From: a virus
Taxonomy: Duplodnaviria; Caudoviricetes
Virus record (IMG/VR): IMGVR_UViG_3300035670_000225
Span: 1 to 60,309 of that record
DNA length: 60,309 bases
Direction: 5' to 3' (one strand)
In this document: piece by piece, positions 18,135 to 28,021 of the stretch
Layout of the letters: every line of letters begins with the position of its first letter
How positions within the stretch are numbered: position 1 is the first letter of the stretch
Translations under genes and position numbers: made by a program
The notes under the pieces: model-generated
Database searches by the model: none
Seen by the model: only the letters and a program-made list of their open reading frames with translations
Told to the model about the DNA's origin: nothing

Positions 18135-21100
18135 ATGTCGTCTGCTGTATCTTTAAACCACAGGCACGCAAGCGCGTTATATGATGATTCTGGCGCGGAA
18201 TTGACGGCTGAACTGTTTCCAATGGTGGCTTTAGATTCCATTGGAATGCCGCCCGCCGGCGCCGATTTTATTGCACACGCTGTCGCGCTCGGGGATGATC
18301 CGGCAGTCGTGAACATCAAGAACAAGAAAAAACTGCCGGTCGGAGAAAAGTTGGTCCATTTGTATCGGGCCGCTCTTTACGACCCCAATTTCTCTATGCC
18401 GATTACGTTGAAAAGCGGAATCGAAGTTGTTCAGTTTTTGCCGGGCCATCTTTTGAAATACGGCACGGGCGACGACCCGGTCTACGGGCCGAAGCCGGCG
18501 CGTGTCATGATTGTCAGTAAAATTCCCGGGATCAACGAACTCAATGATCGCAGCGCTATTACGGGCCCGGTCATGGAGCCGATGTTTAAGGCCCTGCGTC
18601 AATGCGGCTTCAACCCGCGCGACTACCGCGAGTGGTACATTACGCACGCGTGCAAATTCGGCTCCCCGACGCCTGACACGCCCGCCGTACCTGCGGCTTG
18701 GATTAAAAATTGCGCCGTATTGTTGGCGCAAGAAATCCGGCTCACCAAGCCCGATTTTATTTTGTGTCTTGGGAATGAGGCGACCAAAGCCGTACTGAAT
18801 ACGACGGCGAGTGTCTCCGAATTGTCCGGCCGCGCGACTACGCTGCAAACCTATGACGCCGAAGGCAACGCCCGCGATATCAAAGTAATGTCGATTATGC
18901 ATCCCGGCTACGTCATGCGAAAGCCAGAGATGTACGAGGATTTTTGTGGGCAACTTTCTCGTTTTAAGGATTTAATCGAGAACCGCGAAACGGTGGTCGA
19001 AGAGGTCGATCACGCAGATATTTACACGGAGGAGACGCTGCGTGAAACCGTCGACGCCATGCTGGCCGACCCAGACCCAAATGCCAATATCATCGCAGTC
19101 GACTGCGAGTGGCACGGCGACTATCCTACAGAAGACGGCGCGTATTTGCGCACGATTCAGATATCTAATAAAGATAAGTGGGCGCGCACTATCGTTTTGC
19201 GGCATCAAGGCGGCGCGGAAGCGTTTAAGCCAAACTTGGCCGCAGCCCGCGCGCAATTGCAGCGGCTGCTCAAAAGTACGCCGGAAAGAGCCGTTCGAGT
19301 TGGGGGGCATTTCTTCCGTGCTGACCTGCCATGGCTTATTGATTTTGGCGTGGATTTGCGCCCGGAGTATGCTCCCGCCCCCGATCCCGAAGACCGTTCC
19401 CGCGGAGGTTGGGATACCAGCCTCATGTACCACGCCGTTAATGAGTGCGCCAAGTATGGTCTCGACGTTTGCTCCATGCGTTTCACGTCAGCCCCTACTT
19501 ACTGGGACGAACTTAACGAGTGGCGAAAGCGTTATCGCGCAGAAAAAAAATTAAAAGCCAGTGATATGGCCGGCTATGGCGATTGCCCCGCGCACATTTT
19601 GCACCCATACGGCAACTACGACGCCGATGTGACACGACGCATTATGATGCACTTTTACGGAACTAACGGCGAAGATGGCGCAATAGCCAAAGACCAGCAC
19701 GGACACGACTGCTGGTTACCGTATTGGACTGCACATCAAGCGTCCCTGTCATTTTTGGAAATGGAAATGACCGGCCTACTCGTCGACCGTACGCGGGCCG
19801 ATGAGTTGACGACTTTATTTATGAACACGCAGGATCGGTTGTTGGTAGAAATTCGGCAAGAACTTAACTGGCCAGATTTCAACCCTAAAAGTCAACCGCA
19901 ATTGTCGGTCGCCCTGTTCGGCGCGCAGTTTTCGAATCGATATACAAATCCGCCTAATGTTCCGGAAGACGCGCAACTTTTGAACTTACGGCCTGTGAAA
20001 ACTACAGGCAAACGCCCGGTGCTATGGAATGAAATGAGTTGGAGGGGCGTAAACCCCGACACCGCCACGCCTAGCACAGACAAAGAAAGCCTTGGTATTC
20101 TCGGGCACATTAACGCAACTGCGGCTAAAATTCGCGACTACAAGTTCATCAGCCAAGTGTTGCAGTCGGTATTGCGTAAACCCTCCACCACGGAAGACGG
20201 AGATTACGAGGTCGATGAAAACGGTAATTACTCGTATGAAAAAGGTTTGGTCGGCTGTGTCCACGCCGACGGTAAGGTCCGTACTCACTTTTTTCAAACC
20301 AAGGAAACGGGCCGCGCCTCCTCATCTCGACCACCTTTGCAAAATCTCAGTTCGCGGCGAGAAAACGACTACGCACGAATTCTTGGAAACCAATACCAGC
20401 ATCCAGTTCGATCGATATTGCGCGTCCCGCCCGGTTACGTCGGGATCGAAACGGACCTCACTGGTGCGGAATTGGCGGTCCTCGCGTGGTTAAGCCAAGA
20501 CGCCGATATGATTGAACATGTGCGACGGAACATATTGCCAGAAAACCATCCAGACCACTACGACATTCATAGCCAGCAGGCAGTGAAAACTTTTAACATC
20601 ACTGACTGCCCGCCAACAAAAGAAGGTCTGAAAAAAGCAGGCAAAAAGGGTTTGCGCGTCGCCGCCAAGAACGTCAACTTTGGCATTCCTTATGGTCGCG
20701 GCGCCGAGGCGCTGGCGCGGCAATGCAAAGAAGAGGGGGAAGACGTTACGGCCGACGAGTGCCAAGCGATGATCGAGGCTTATTTTGCGTCATATCCTCG
20801 CACGCGCACATTTCTAGCCGAATGTCGCGCTCGCTCTCAAGACCCCGGCTGGATTATCGGCCCCTACGGGCGGATGCGGCGTTTTGTGCCGTCTAAGGAC
20901 CGGGCGATCCGCGGCGAGCAAGAGCGGCAAGCGCAGAACTTTCCGATTCAAGGCGGTGTGGCTGATGCTGTGTCTATTGCGCTGTCAAACTTTTATCAGT
21001 ACCGCGAAACGCATCCAGAGATTGATTACAAAATTGCGCTGCAGATTCATGACGCTATTGTGTTGCTCGTGCCGATTGAGCACGCTGAACAAGTGTACAA

Positions 21101-21293
21101 AGAGGTGGTGCCTAAATGCATGGTGGATGACGTTCCCTTTTATCCGCGGAAATTAGACGGGTCTATGATCTCCGCGGGTCCGTATCGATTTGGTTCTTCT
21201 CGCGAAGTGTTTGTTCACTGGGGCGAAACCCTGAACGCAGAGGACGCCCACGCGCTTGGATTGCGATGGTTGGCCGAGGAATTGGGGGCTTGA
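18135..21293 (+). CDS. polA: family A DNA polymerase with N-terminal UDG-like domain and 3'-5' exonuclease
   Basis: UDG-like KPDFILCLG and MHPGY; exo DCE and YDA; TGRASSSRPPLQN; motif A DLTGAEL, motif B KNVNFGIPYG, motif C QIHD. Confidence 0.93.
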   Translation: MSSAVSLNHRHASALYDDSGAELTAELFPMVALDSIGMPPAGADFIAHAVALGDDPAVVNIKNKKKLPVGEKLVHLYRAALYDPNFSMPITLKSGIEVVQFLPGHLLKYGTGDDPVYGPKPARVMIVSKIPGINELNDRSAITGPVMEPMFKALRQCGFNPRDYREWYITHACKFGSPTPDTPAVPAAWIKNCAVLLAQEIRLTKPDFILCLGNEATKAVLNTTASVSELSGRATTLQTYDAEGNARDIKVMSIMHPGYVMRKPEMYEDFCGQLSRFKDLIENRETVVEEVDHADIYTEETLRETVDAMLADPDPNANIIAVDCEWHGDYPTEDGAYLRTIQISNKDKWARTIVLRHQGGAEAFKPNLAAARAQLQRLLKSTPERAVRVGGHFFRADLPWLIDFGVDLRPEYAPAPDPEDRSRGGWDTSLMYHAVNECAKYGLDVCSMRFTSAPTYWDELNEWRKRYRAEKKLKASDMAGYGDCPAHILHPYGNYDADVTRRIMMHFYGTNGEDGAIAKDQHGHDCWLPYWTAHQASLSFLEMEMTGLLVDRTRADELTTLFMNTQDRLLVEIRQELNWPDFNPKSQPQLSVALFGAQFSNRYTNPPNVPEDAQLLNLRPVKTTGKRPVLWNEMSWRGVNPDTATPSTDKESLGILGHINATAAKIRDYKFISQVLQSVLRKPSTTEDGDYEVDENGNYSYEKGLVGCVHADGKVRTHFFQTKETGRASSSRPPLQNLSSRRENDYARILGNQYQHPVRSILRVPPGYVGIETDLTGAELAVLAWLSQDADMIEHVRRNILPENHPDHYDIHSQQAVKTFNITDCPPTKEGLKKAGKKGLRVAAKNVNFGIPYGRGAEALARQCKEEGEDVTADECQAMIEAYFASYPRTRTFLAECRARSQDPGWIIGPYGRMRRFVPSKDRAIRGEQERQAQNFPIQGGVADAVSIALSNFYQYRETHPEIDYKIALQIHDAIVLLVPIEHAEQVYKEVVPKCMVDDVPFYPRKLDGSMISAGPYRFGSSREVFVHWGETLNAEDAHALGLRWLAEELGA

Positions 21294-21317
21294 TTCTTCC
21301 TCGTGGTCTGCTAGACT
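21290..21317 (+). promoter_or_regulatory. sigma70-like promoter with extended -10
   Basis: TTGATT-16 nt-TAGACT with TGn immediately before the -10. Confidence 0.5.
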
Positions 21318-21367
21318 GGCGGTAACCACGCGGGAGCCTCAACAGCATCCCGTACTTTATTAACAAC

Positions 21368-21386
21368 GCTGGGTACGATACCCAGC
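21368..21386 (+). promoter_or_regulatory. leader hairpin upstream of the SSB-like gene
   Basis: Perfect 8-bp stem GCTGGGTA-cga-TACCCAGC. Confidence 0.5.
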
Positions 21387-21408
21387 ACAACAAAGAAAGA
21401 GGCTTAAA

Positions 21409-22776
21409 ATGCCACGGTATGATTCTGAAAATCTTGCTGCCATCGACCCCGAGTTCCGTCGGCAGCACAATCTGGATAACGGCCCCCGCAAGAACAGCCC
21501 GTATACATACGGCAAAAACGTTCTGATTGCGGCTGGCAACGAACTCATGGCCAACGGCTTGTGCTTGCGGCTGATGCCCATGTACGAAGAGGGCGCCGGC
21601 CAGCGCCAATTTGTCAATTTCCGCGAGGGTGCGGACGACGTCGCCATCGGCGACTGGTGCCGGTTGCGGACCGTGGCGCACTGGGTTGGTAATCCCGGCG
21701 TGTGCATGATCCTGACTGACGGTTCGCCGGAAATGGACTTGCGTGAGAATCCGTACAACCTGTTGTACAACGTCGCGTGGAAGAACAAGGAAACTCCGGG
21801 TATCGGCCGGCTTTACAGCGAACTGCTTCAGAAGCCGAAGGTCATGAAGTCGCACATCGGCTCGCTGACCAAACCCGAGAAGATTCTGTTTGTGTCGGCT
21901 AGCATCGTCGGCACTGATGATCGCGGGCAGATTGTGCTGAGCCAGTTCCTCGACGACCCGAAGAAGAACGCGCGCGTAATCGGCCTTAAGTTCAGCGCCC
22001 TTCAATCGCTGTTCTCGATTCTTAAGGTCCGCGATCCCGATACCAACGAGTACTTGACCGGCGACATGCTGTCGTTTGGTCCGGCTAAATTGCTCACTAT
22101 CCTGCCCGAGGCTTACCAGAGCAAAGAGCAGAAGGTGATGGGCATCGGCGCCGACGGCCCTGAGACGTTCTTCTGCCCGAAGTACGCCCGCGGCCCGAAG
22201 GACTCGCAGTACATCGTTGGCTACCCGCCGCCGGATCGCCGCAGCGCCTTCACCCACTTCGCGATTGTTCATGACTCCTACAACGGTCAGCAGATTTCGT
22301 TGGAAGATCACGCCGACCGCATCGCCGAAGAGGCGCAGTCGTGGGATCAGATGCTGAACGTACTGTCGTACGAAGAGCAGGCGGAAAAGTTGGCGGGCGC
22401 GTTTCCGCGCGAGGCGCTTGAGTTTGCGTGGCGTGAGTATCCGCAGTACTTGCGTACGCTGGGTCGTGGTTCGTCTTCTCCCGCTCCGAGTTCGTCGGCG
22501 TCTGAGTTTATTGACGACGAGAACGACGAGGCCGTGCAGGCGTTCCAGCAGCGACCCGCGGCGAAGAGCGCCCCGGCGCCGAAGCCGGCCCCCAAGGACC
22601 CTCCGGCGCCTTGGGACCCCGTAGACGCCGAGGTCAGCCCGGAAGACGCCGAGGCTGTAGCGGGTCTGTTTGACGCGGCAACCGCCCCGGCAGCAGAAGA
22701 GCCCGCGACTGAGAAGTTGAAGCCGGCGGACATCCTTGCGCGTGCGCGTGCTAAGGCTGCCAAGTTGAAGAAGTAG
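21409..22776 (+). CDS. probable single-stranded DNA-binding/recombination protein
   Basis: Lies between polA and recA; own promoter and terminator; C/G-ending codon bias; acidic, Pro/Ala-rich tail. Function inferred from context. Confidence 0.45.
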   Translation: MPRYDSENLAAIDPEFRRQHNLDNGPRKNSPYTYGKNVLIAAGNELMANGLCLRLMPMYEEGAGQRQFVNFREGADDVAIGDWCRLRTVAHWVGNPGVCMILTDGSPEMDLRENPYNLLYNVAWKNKETPGIGRLYSELLQKPKVMKSHIGSLTKPEKILFVSASIVGTDDRGQIVLSQFLDDPKKNARVIGLKFSALQSLFSILKVRDPDTNEYLTGDMLSFGPAKLLTILPEAYQSKEQKVMGIGADGPETFFCPKYARGPKDSQYIVGYPPPDRRSAFTHFAIVHDSYNGQQISLEDHADRIAEEAQSWDQMLNVLSYEEQAEKLAGAFPREALEFAWREYPQYLRTLGRGSSSPAPSSSASEFIDDENDEAVQAFQQRPAAKSAPAPKPAPKDPPAPWDPVDAEVSPEDAEAVAGLFDAATAPAAEEPATEKLKPADILARARAKAAKLKK

Positions 22777-22783
22777 TCTTTTC

Positions 22784-22847
22784 GCCGCCGCAATGTCGCG
22801 GGTGTCCCGGGATTTTGCCCCGGCATTGCGGCGGTTATTTTATTTTT
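22784..22847 (+). terminator. rho-independent terminator
   Basis: GCCGCCGCAATGTCG/CGGCATTGCGGCGGT stem followed by TATTTTATTTTT. Confidence 0.7.
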
Positions 22848-22871
22848 ACACGCACAAAGGGCAGATTGTTT

Positions 22872-24248
22872 ATGGGCCGCAAGAAAAAGAACGAAGATAA
22901 TGATATCAGTGTGTTCGACGTTAACGGCGAACACCCCGTTATTACGGAAGTGCTAAAAGCCGCCGCCGAGGACAATGACCCGCTAATTGGCATACCCCTG
23001 CCAACCTTGGCGGCGCGTTACCTGCTTCAGGCGAATATTTTTCCGCTGTCGCGATTCACGCAATTGCGCGGCGAATTTAGCGCGGGTAAATCAGCGTTGT
23101 TGCTGGAGATTATGCGGTGGTTTCACGTCTACGGCGGCGGCGCCATCCTGATCGACACCGAGAACAAGGGTAGTCCGACTATGTTGGCGGGCATGCTGGG
23201 GCATAACCCGCAGCACATCGCCCGCACGAAGGTCACGACGGCCGCCAGCGTAGAAGAGTGGCAGAGCAAGTACATGGGTTTTTGCAAGGCCATCCACGCG
23301 CAGATCGACGCGGCAAACGCTCCTGACCGTGTCATCCCAATTTGTATTGGCGTCGATTCTATCTCGGCCGTCGAGGTAGATAGGCGTGTGGAAAAGGTTG
23401 CCGACGAAGGCCACGCGGCTGCCGGCCATCCTTATCTGGCTCGTAACCTTTCAGACTTTATGCGGACAGCGCTAGTGCCCACGTTGCGGCACTATCCGAT
23501 TGCTTTGATCGCTACGAATCACCTCAAGGAGGAGATTAATAGCATGGGTTTTGGTCCGCCCAAAAAGTACGCCCCGGGCGGCGCCAGCCTCGACTATTAC
23601 CCGACCTTAATCATCGACATGCAGAAAGCGGCACGAAACAACATTGTTTCCGGCCGCGCCGAAGGTCAGGCCGTACGGCTTATGGCTACCAAGAATAATT
23701 TGGGCGCTCCCGGCCGTAAGTTGGTCGTAAACCTAATGTGGTACAACGACATCGTTTCAGCAAAGGACGCTGAAGGAAATGAAAATTACCGAAACCAGCA
23801 GTATCACTACTGGGACTGGCATACGGCGTCTATTCGCCTGCTTATGGATTTGCAGGCGGCAGACAAAAAGCCCGCACCCGGAATCGACCCGAAGTTGCCG
23901 GCGCTCGTCAAACAGGTGTGCGACTTTGAGTACAAGCACGGCACCAAGAACGCCGAAACGCCGCTTGTTTATTCAACGGCTCTCGGCATCACGAAGCAGA
24001 ACGCGATCTCCGAGGTGGAGGCGTCAATGGCGCTCGAAGAGAATAAAAAGGTGCTCGGCGTTTTGCACGGGTTGCTCGGAGTCAACGAATACACTATTTG
24101 TGACCCGGCTAAAAAGTATCGCGAGCAAGTTATGGCCGAGTTGAAGCAGCAGCAGATGACCGACGTGCCTGAACTTATGGCTGCCGCCAGCATGTCAGGG
24201 GCCAGCATTATTCCAGAAGATTTTGATCCGCTAGGACAAGTAGATTGA
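22872..24248 (+). CDS. recA: RecA/UvsX-like recombinase
   Basis: GEFSAGKS, IDTE, Walker B GVDS, TNH, PGG and KN motifs. Confidence 0.85.
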   Translation: MGRKKKNEDNDISVFDVNGEHPVITEVLKAAAEDNDPLIGIPLPTLAARYLLQANIFPLSRFTQLRGEFSAGKSALLLEIMRWFHVYGGGAILIDTENKGSPTMLAGMLGHNPQHIARTKVTTAASVEEWQSKYMGFCKAIHAQIDAANAPDRVIPICIGVDSISAVEVDRRVEKVADEGHAAAGHPYLARNLSDFMRTALVPTLRHYPIALIATNHLKEEINSMGFGPPKKYAPGGASLDYYPTLIIDMQKAARNNIVSGRAEGQAVRLMATKNNLGAPGRKLVVNLMWYNDIVSAKDAEGNENYRNQQYHYWDWHTASIRLLMDLQAADKKPAPGIDPKLPALVKQVCDFEYKHGTKNAETPLVYSTALGITKQNAISEVEASMALEENKKVLGVLHGLLGVNEYTICDPAKKYREQVMAELKQQQMTDVPELMAAASMSGASIIPEDFDPLGQVD

Positions 24249-24255
24249 TTTTAAA

Positions 24256-24450
24256 ATGGCTGCTAAAAATATACCTAAAGTATATGCGCAGTCTTTTTTT
24301 CAAAGTGATTTGCCGCAGCGTCTTCGAGACTCGGCAAAGGCTTGTCGAGCAATAGATCGTGCGCCGCTATTGCGGGAAGCGGCCGATTGGATTGAGCGGT
24401 TAGAAAAAGAACTTTCTAAGAAAAAAACGCATGGACAGGCAAAGCAATAA
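24256..24450 (+). CDS. small protein of RLR...EAADWIERL type
   Basis: Motif shared with 6729-6950. Confidence 0.55.
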   Translation: MAAKNIPKVYAQSFFQSDLPQRLRDSAKACRAIDRAPLLREAADWIERLEKELSKKKTHGQAKQ

Positions 24451-24748
24451 ATACAACGGCTATAGCCCGTCAGACAAAGATATTATTGTTGATGGGTACA
24501 GGCTAATTTGTACGTCGATCGCGTGCCCCGAGCAGTACGACGTATTTGACGACTTGAGCGCAGAGCAGGTTGGTTACCTCCGGCTCCGGCACGGCTACTT
24601 CCGGGCCGACTATCCGGCCTGCGGCGGCAAAACAGTATACGACGCCGAAACAGCCGGCGACGGCCTATTTGATGAAGACGAGCGCATGCCGCAATTGACC
24701 GCGGCCGTTGCAGCGCTCGCCGCTGCCCGGTCGGGGGCTGCCTCGTGA
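24431..24748 (+). CDS. hypothetical protein
   Basis: ACPEQYDV...VGYLRLRHG; overlaps both neighbours. Confidence 0.7.
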   Translation: MDRQSNKYNGYSPSDKDIIVDGYRLICTSIACPEQYDVFDDLSAEQVGYLRLRHGYFRADYPACGGKTVYDAETAGDGLFDEDERMPQLTAAVAALAAARSGAAS

Positions 24749-25344
24749 CGGATTCTCGCGATCAGTTTTTCGACAAACTATTTGACGAAGCAGCGCGACT
24801 GCAGACTAGCGGCTTTCAACGGCAATTGTCGTACGAGAGCCGTTTGGTACGCCGGGTGTTCAACGAGTGCGGCGTGAAGCCGCCAAGTTGGGGGCAGTTG
24901 GTCAACCTATGCAAAGCCGAAACCGGTACGCATGAAATGAGTTGCGGCTGGTTTAACAGTACGTTCCCGCGCTTTCCCGCGACGCTGTGCGGGAAAAGAA
25001 TCGGATACTGCGGCTACCGAAAAGACGAGGCTGGCAATAAAAAAAGCCTGTCGCTGTATCAGTTAACAATTGCGGAATTGTTGGCTGTTAAACACAACAT
25101 TATGGTGCGCACAATATCAAAAGCGCTGCATGTTTTGGGCGTCGAGCCGGCGCAGCCGTTTGCTTTTGTTTTTCCGGTTGTCAAAAGATTTTTTGTGGCG
25201 CATAATATGGACCTGCCTGCAAAACCCGCCGGCGACACTCCGCGGGTTTGCTGGACATACTGCACGACTGACGGCGCGATTATGCACGTCGAGCACTCGA
25301 CAACATTTTTTGGCGCACTAGGCGGCGACTGGTTCGAACTGTAG
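24745..25344 (+). CDS. hypothetical protein
   Basis: GTGA overlap, 199 aa. Confidence 0.7.
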   Translation: MTDSRDQFFDKLFDEAARLQTSGFQRQLSYESRLVRRVFNECGVKPPSWGQLVNLCKAETGTHEMSCGWFNSTFPRFPATLCGKRIGYCGYRKDEAGNKKSLSLYQLTIAELLAVKHNIMVRTISKALHVLGVEPAQPFAFVFPVVKRFFVAHNMDLPAKPAGDTPRVCWTYCTTDGAIMHVEHSTTFFGALGGDWFEL

Positions 25345-25355
25345 GAGGCGGCGCC

Positions 25356-26495
25356 GTGGTCCGGCCGGCAACTCAACAACTGCGAAGTGTGTTTGCGCCC
25401 GTTGCCGCGCTGTCTTTTAACGCCAAGCAGTACGACGAGTGTCGCGACTTTTTGTCGTCGCGAAGTTCGCAAACAGAGTCAATACCAATTGTTGACGAAG
25501 CCCAGTTGTCTATGGCGGCCGACGGCCGCATCGCAGAAAACGGGTATAGGTTTAATGCGATTGGTTTTGCCGCTGTCGCAAACGCATTGTCGTCAGGGTT
25601 GAATAGCGTGTTCAACGAACTCGCCGGCGAGACGAGGGGCAAATACAGCGTTAGCGTCGATAACGGCGATCTGGCGACTGCAACGAGCGTTTACAACGCT
25701 GTATTGCGCGCGCGGTTCGAGTTTTTGCGCGAACGTACGCTGCTGGTTAATCACCGGGAAAAAACAATCGAAGGTTTTCTTGGGCTTGAACACCGGCTGA
25801 TTGACAACGCTGTTTTTTTCAATATGGTAGCGGACGAAATTCAGGCCAAGCAGCCGGCCGCAGAGTTCTATCGCGCCGAAGTGCTGGGCCGAGAACTTCG
25901 CGTTTACTACATCGACACAAAGACAAAACGAAATGATATCTATGTAGACCCGCGGCACATTTTTGCTGGTGGCTGGTATTTTTCCAATCGGGAAGATAGT
26001 GGCTTTGCCATGCGGGCCGCGTTATGCGTCATGACCAAGTTCGGCCCGGCAATCGAGAATCGTCGAAGAAGCATGCATATCCGGCACACGGGCGCCGATC
26101 TCCTCGGCCGGGCGGCGATGATGGTTAGTAAGACCGTGGACCGCGAGATTGACATGGATGTGGTCGCAAAAAATATTAACCGACTGACGGCGACGTCGCT
26201 AAATTTTTCAGATTCCAAAGCCGTGCTCGACGCCGCGACAGAAAACTGGGTCGACTATTTAGGTCGGTTTAAAGTTACGCGCGATGATGCGCGTCAAATA
26301 TGTAAAAACGCCGCAATGGTGGGGGCGGACATAGACCCGCGAAATCCAATAGATGTCTATACCCGCGAAGTTATGAGCGCGCGGTCGCTGTATGACATGT
26401 TTTGTTCAATTTTGCGGTATTCGCGCAATCAATACCACACCACACGCGACGCGCTGCAAAGCGCGGCAATGCAATTATTGGTTCCTAACAGTTAG
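25356..26495 (+). CDS. DUF932-like protein
   Basis: RLIDN..., GWYFSNREDSG and IRHTG resemble the DUF932 pattern; SD AGGAGG. Confidence 0.4.
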   Translation: MVRPATQQLRSVFAPVAALSFNAKQYDECRDFLSSRSSQTESIPIVDEAQLSMAADGRIAENGYRFNAIGFAAVANALSSGLNSVFNELAGETRGKYSVSVDNGDLATATSVYNAVLRARFEFLRERTLLVNHREKTIEGFLGLEHRLIDNAVFFNMVADEIQAKQPAAEFYRAEVLGRELRVYYIDTKTKRNDIYVDPRHIFAGGWYFSNREDSGFAMRAALCVMTKFGPAIENRRRSMHIRHTGADLLGRAAMMVSKTVDREIDMDVVAKNINRLTATSLNFSDSKAVLDAATENWVDYLGRFKVTRDDARQICKNAAMVGADIDPRNPIDVYTREVMSARSLYDMFCSILRYSRNQYHTTRDALQSAAMQLLVPNS

Positions 26496-26513
26496 AAATT
26501 ACAGGAGGATGCT

Positions 26514-27431
26514 ATGGGTCGTAAATCTAATGCGATGTCAATTATGCAGGCTGACTTCGTACCCGCGGCCGGAGAAAACGAACTTTCGTCGCGGCTGAAC
26601 GAGCACACGTTGACCACAGAACTGCGCGATGTCGTATCAGAAATTGACCAGATTTTTGGCGACGTTCAGGTCGCGAGCCTGACGGCGTTTTGGCGGGTCG
26701 GGAAACTCATTACCGACGTCAAAAACAATCCAGAAACTTACTTAACCGACGAGCAGCGGGCAGCGCACATTGATGGCGCATCGTTGGTTATTTCTATTTT
26801 TGCTCCCGTGTACACGGCGGACCAGTTGCGGGGCGCTGTAAACTTTTATGAGCGCTACCCGGCAGAACAGGAAATCACTCGTCTGTTGTCGCTGCGCTGC
26901 CCGGATCGTCCCCGCTGGCGCATGACAGTGTCTCACGTGCAGTTGCTGTCGCAAATTTCTGACGAAGATCAGCGGGCCGTGTTAGAAGACAAGTGCGCCG
27001 AAGAGGCGTTGACTGCCCGAAACTTGTCTTTGGAATTACAAGAAATTCGCGGCAAGAAAAAGAATGGCGGGCGTACGCACCAATCGCCCAAGGGTTTGAA
27101 ACAGCAATTGCTTGATCTGTTAAACCATCAGCGGCGGTTTATCGCCCGGTCAGAAAAACTCTGGCTGGCGGAAGACGCCGACAATATTTATGACGACGTG
27201 GCCAATGCCGCGCCAGAAAAGTTAGACGAAATTATTGTGGGCCTGTTCGCGGAAATGCGGCAAAACTTTGACACTATGTCTGATATGGTCGCGGATCATG
27301 TTGCGATGTGCGCTAAGATTTACGACGAAGTTATTTCGCGTCTTGGTGACGAGGACAACGAAGACGATTCGACTTTTGACGACGAGCCAGAAAATACCGC
27401 ACCCCGCCGCAAGTCCGACATTACCCGATAG
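26514..27431 (+). CDS. DUF1016 (YhcG) N-terminal-like DNA-binding protein
   Basis: FWRVGKLI and MTVSHVQLL...EEALTARNL resemble YW.iG..I and LsWSHy...wsvR.L; SD AGGAGG. Confidence 0.45.
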   Translation: MGRKSNAMSIMQADFVPAAGENELSSRLNEHTLTTELRDVVSEIDQIFGDVQVASLTAFWRVGKLITDVKNNPETYLTDEQRAAHIDGASLVISIFAPVYTADQLRGAVNFYERYPAEQEITRLLSLRCPDRPRWRMTVSHVQLLSQISDEDQRAVLEDKCAEEALTARNLSLELQEIRGKKKNGGRTHQSPKGLKQQLLDLLNHQRRFIARSEKLWLAEDADNIYDDVANAAPEKLDEIIVGLFAEMRQNFDTMSDMVADHVAMCAKIYDEVISRLGDEDNEDDSTFDDEPENTAPRRKSDITR

Positions 27432-27441
27432 TGAGGCGCAA

Positions 27442-27990
27442 ATGCTTTCGATTCGAAATGTGCCAATTGTTATTGAGCCCGGCGTGCCCGCTATTGAAGC
27501 CGAGTTTGCAGTAACGGGTCCGCCAAAGAAACGCCGGTCTTTTCCCGTGCAGTTGCTGCGCGTCGATTTAGACGGTGACGCGTTATCAAAGTTGCCATTT
27601 ATTCCGGCGACAAAACTGCCGCATGTTTTTTCGCTTACAAATGACCCCGAAGATTCTGCCACATTAGTCGTGTACGACAACGTGGGACGTATTTCTCGCG
27701 TTTACGTGCGAGACGAAAAAGGTAAGTCGTGGGAGCGCAGGGACGTAGCCGCGGAGCACGCCGGAAAAAGCGTGACCCAATTCTCGGTTCGGTTTTCGTT
27801 CGGCTCTGAAAAATCTCGTGACGAATTTATGTTCGCTATAGACAGGGTATTAGCGCAATTGCAGGCCGCTGAAACCCCCGCGCGCCGCGACGTAGAGTCA
27901 GTGTTTAAAATTCTTTCTCGCTCGCGCGTCGCGCCGGTAGTCATGCCCGTGGCTATCGCGAAGGCTGATTTAAAGCAGGTCAAGATATAG
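27442..27990 (+). CDS. hypothetical protein
   Basis: ATG after GAGG. Confidence 0.7.
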   Translation: MLSIRNVPIVIEPGVPAIEAEFAVTGPPKKRRSFPVQLLRVDLDGDALSKLPFIPATKLPHVFSLTNDPEDSATLVVYDNVGRISRVYVRDEKGKSWERRDVAAEHAGKSVTQFSVRFSFGSEKSRDEFMFAIDRVLAQLQAAETPARRDVESVFKILSRSRVAPVVMPVAIAKADLKQVKI

Positions 27991-28021
27991 GTCGGCTCTT
28001 TTCTCACTGAACGGACTCATC

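Noticed and set aside
18120-18140. TGA readthrough fusing the primase to PolA (TGA GTT ATG in frame)
   Set aside because: In-frame neighbours arise by chance and also occur at 31970/31974 and 46940/46944; both proteins look complete and TGA is an ordinary stop elsewhere.
21163-22311. 382-aa minus-strand ORF and other antisense ORFs
   Set aside because: They shadow codon-biased + strand genes and carry no recognisable motifs.
18135-24248. Inteins or introns in polA or recA
   Set aside because: Motif spacing is normal, and no intein termini or homing-endonuclease motifs were seen.
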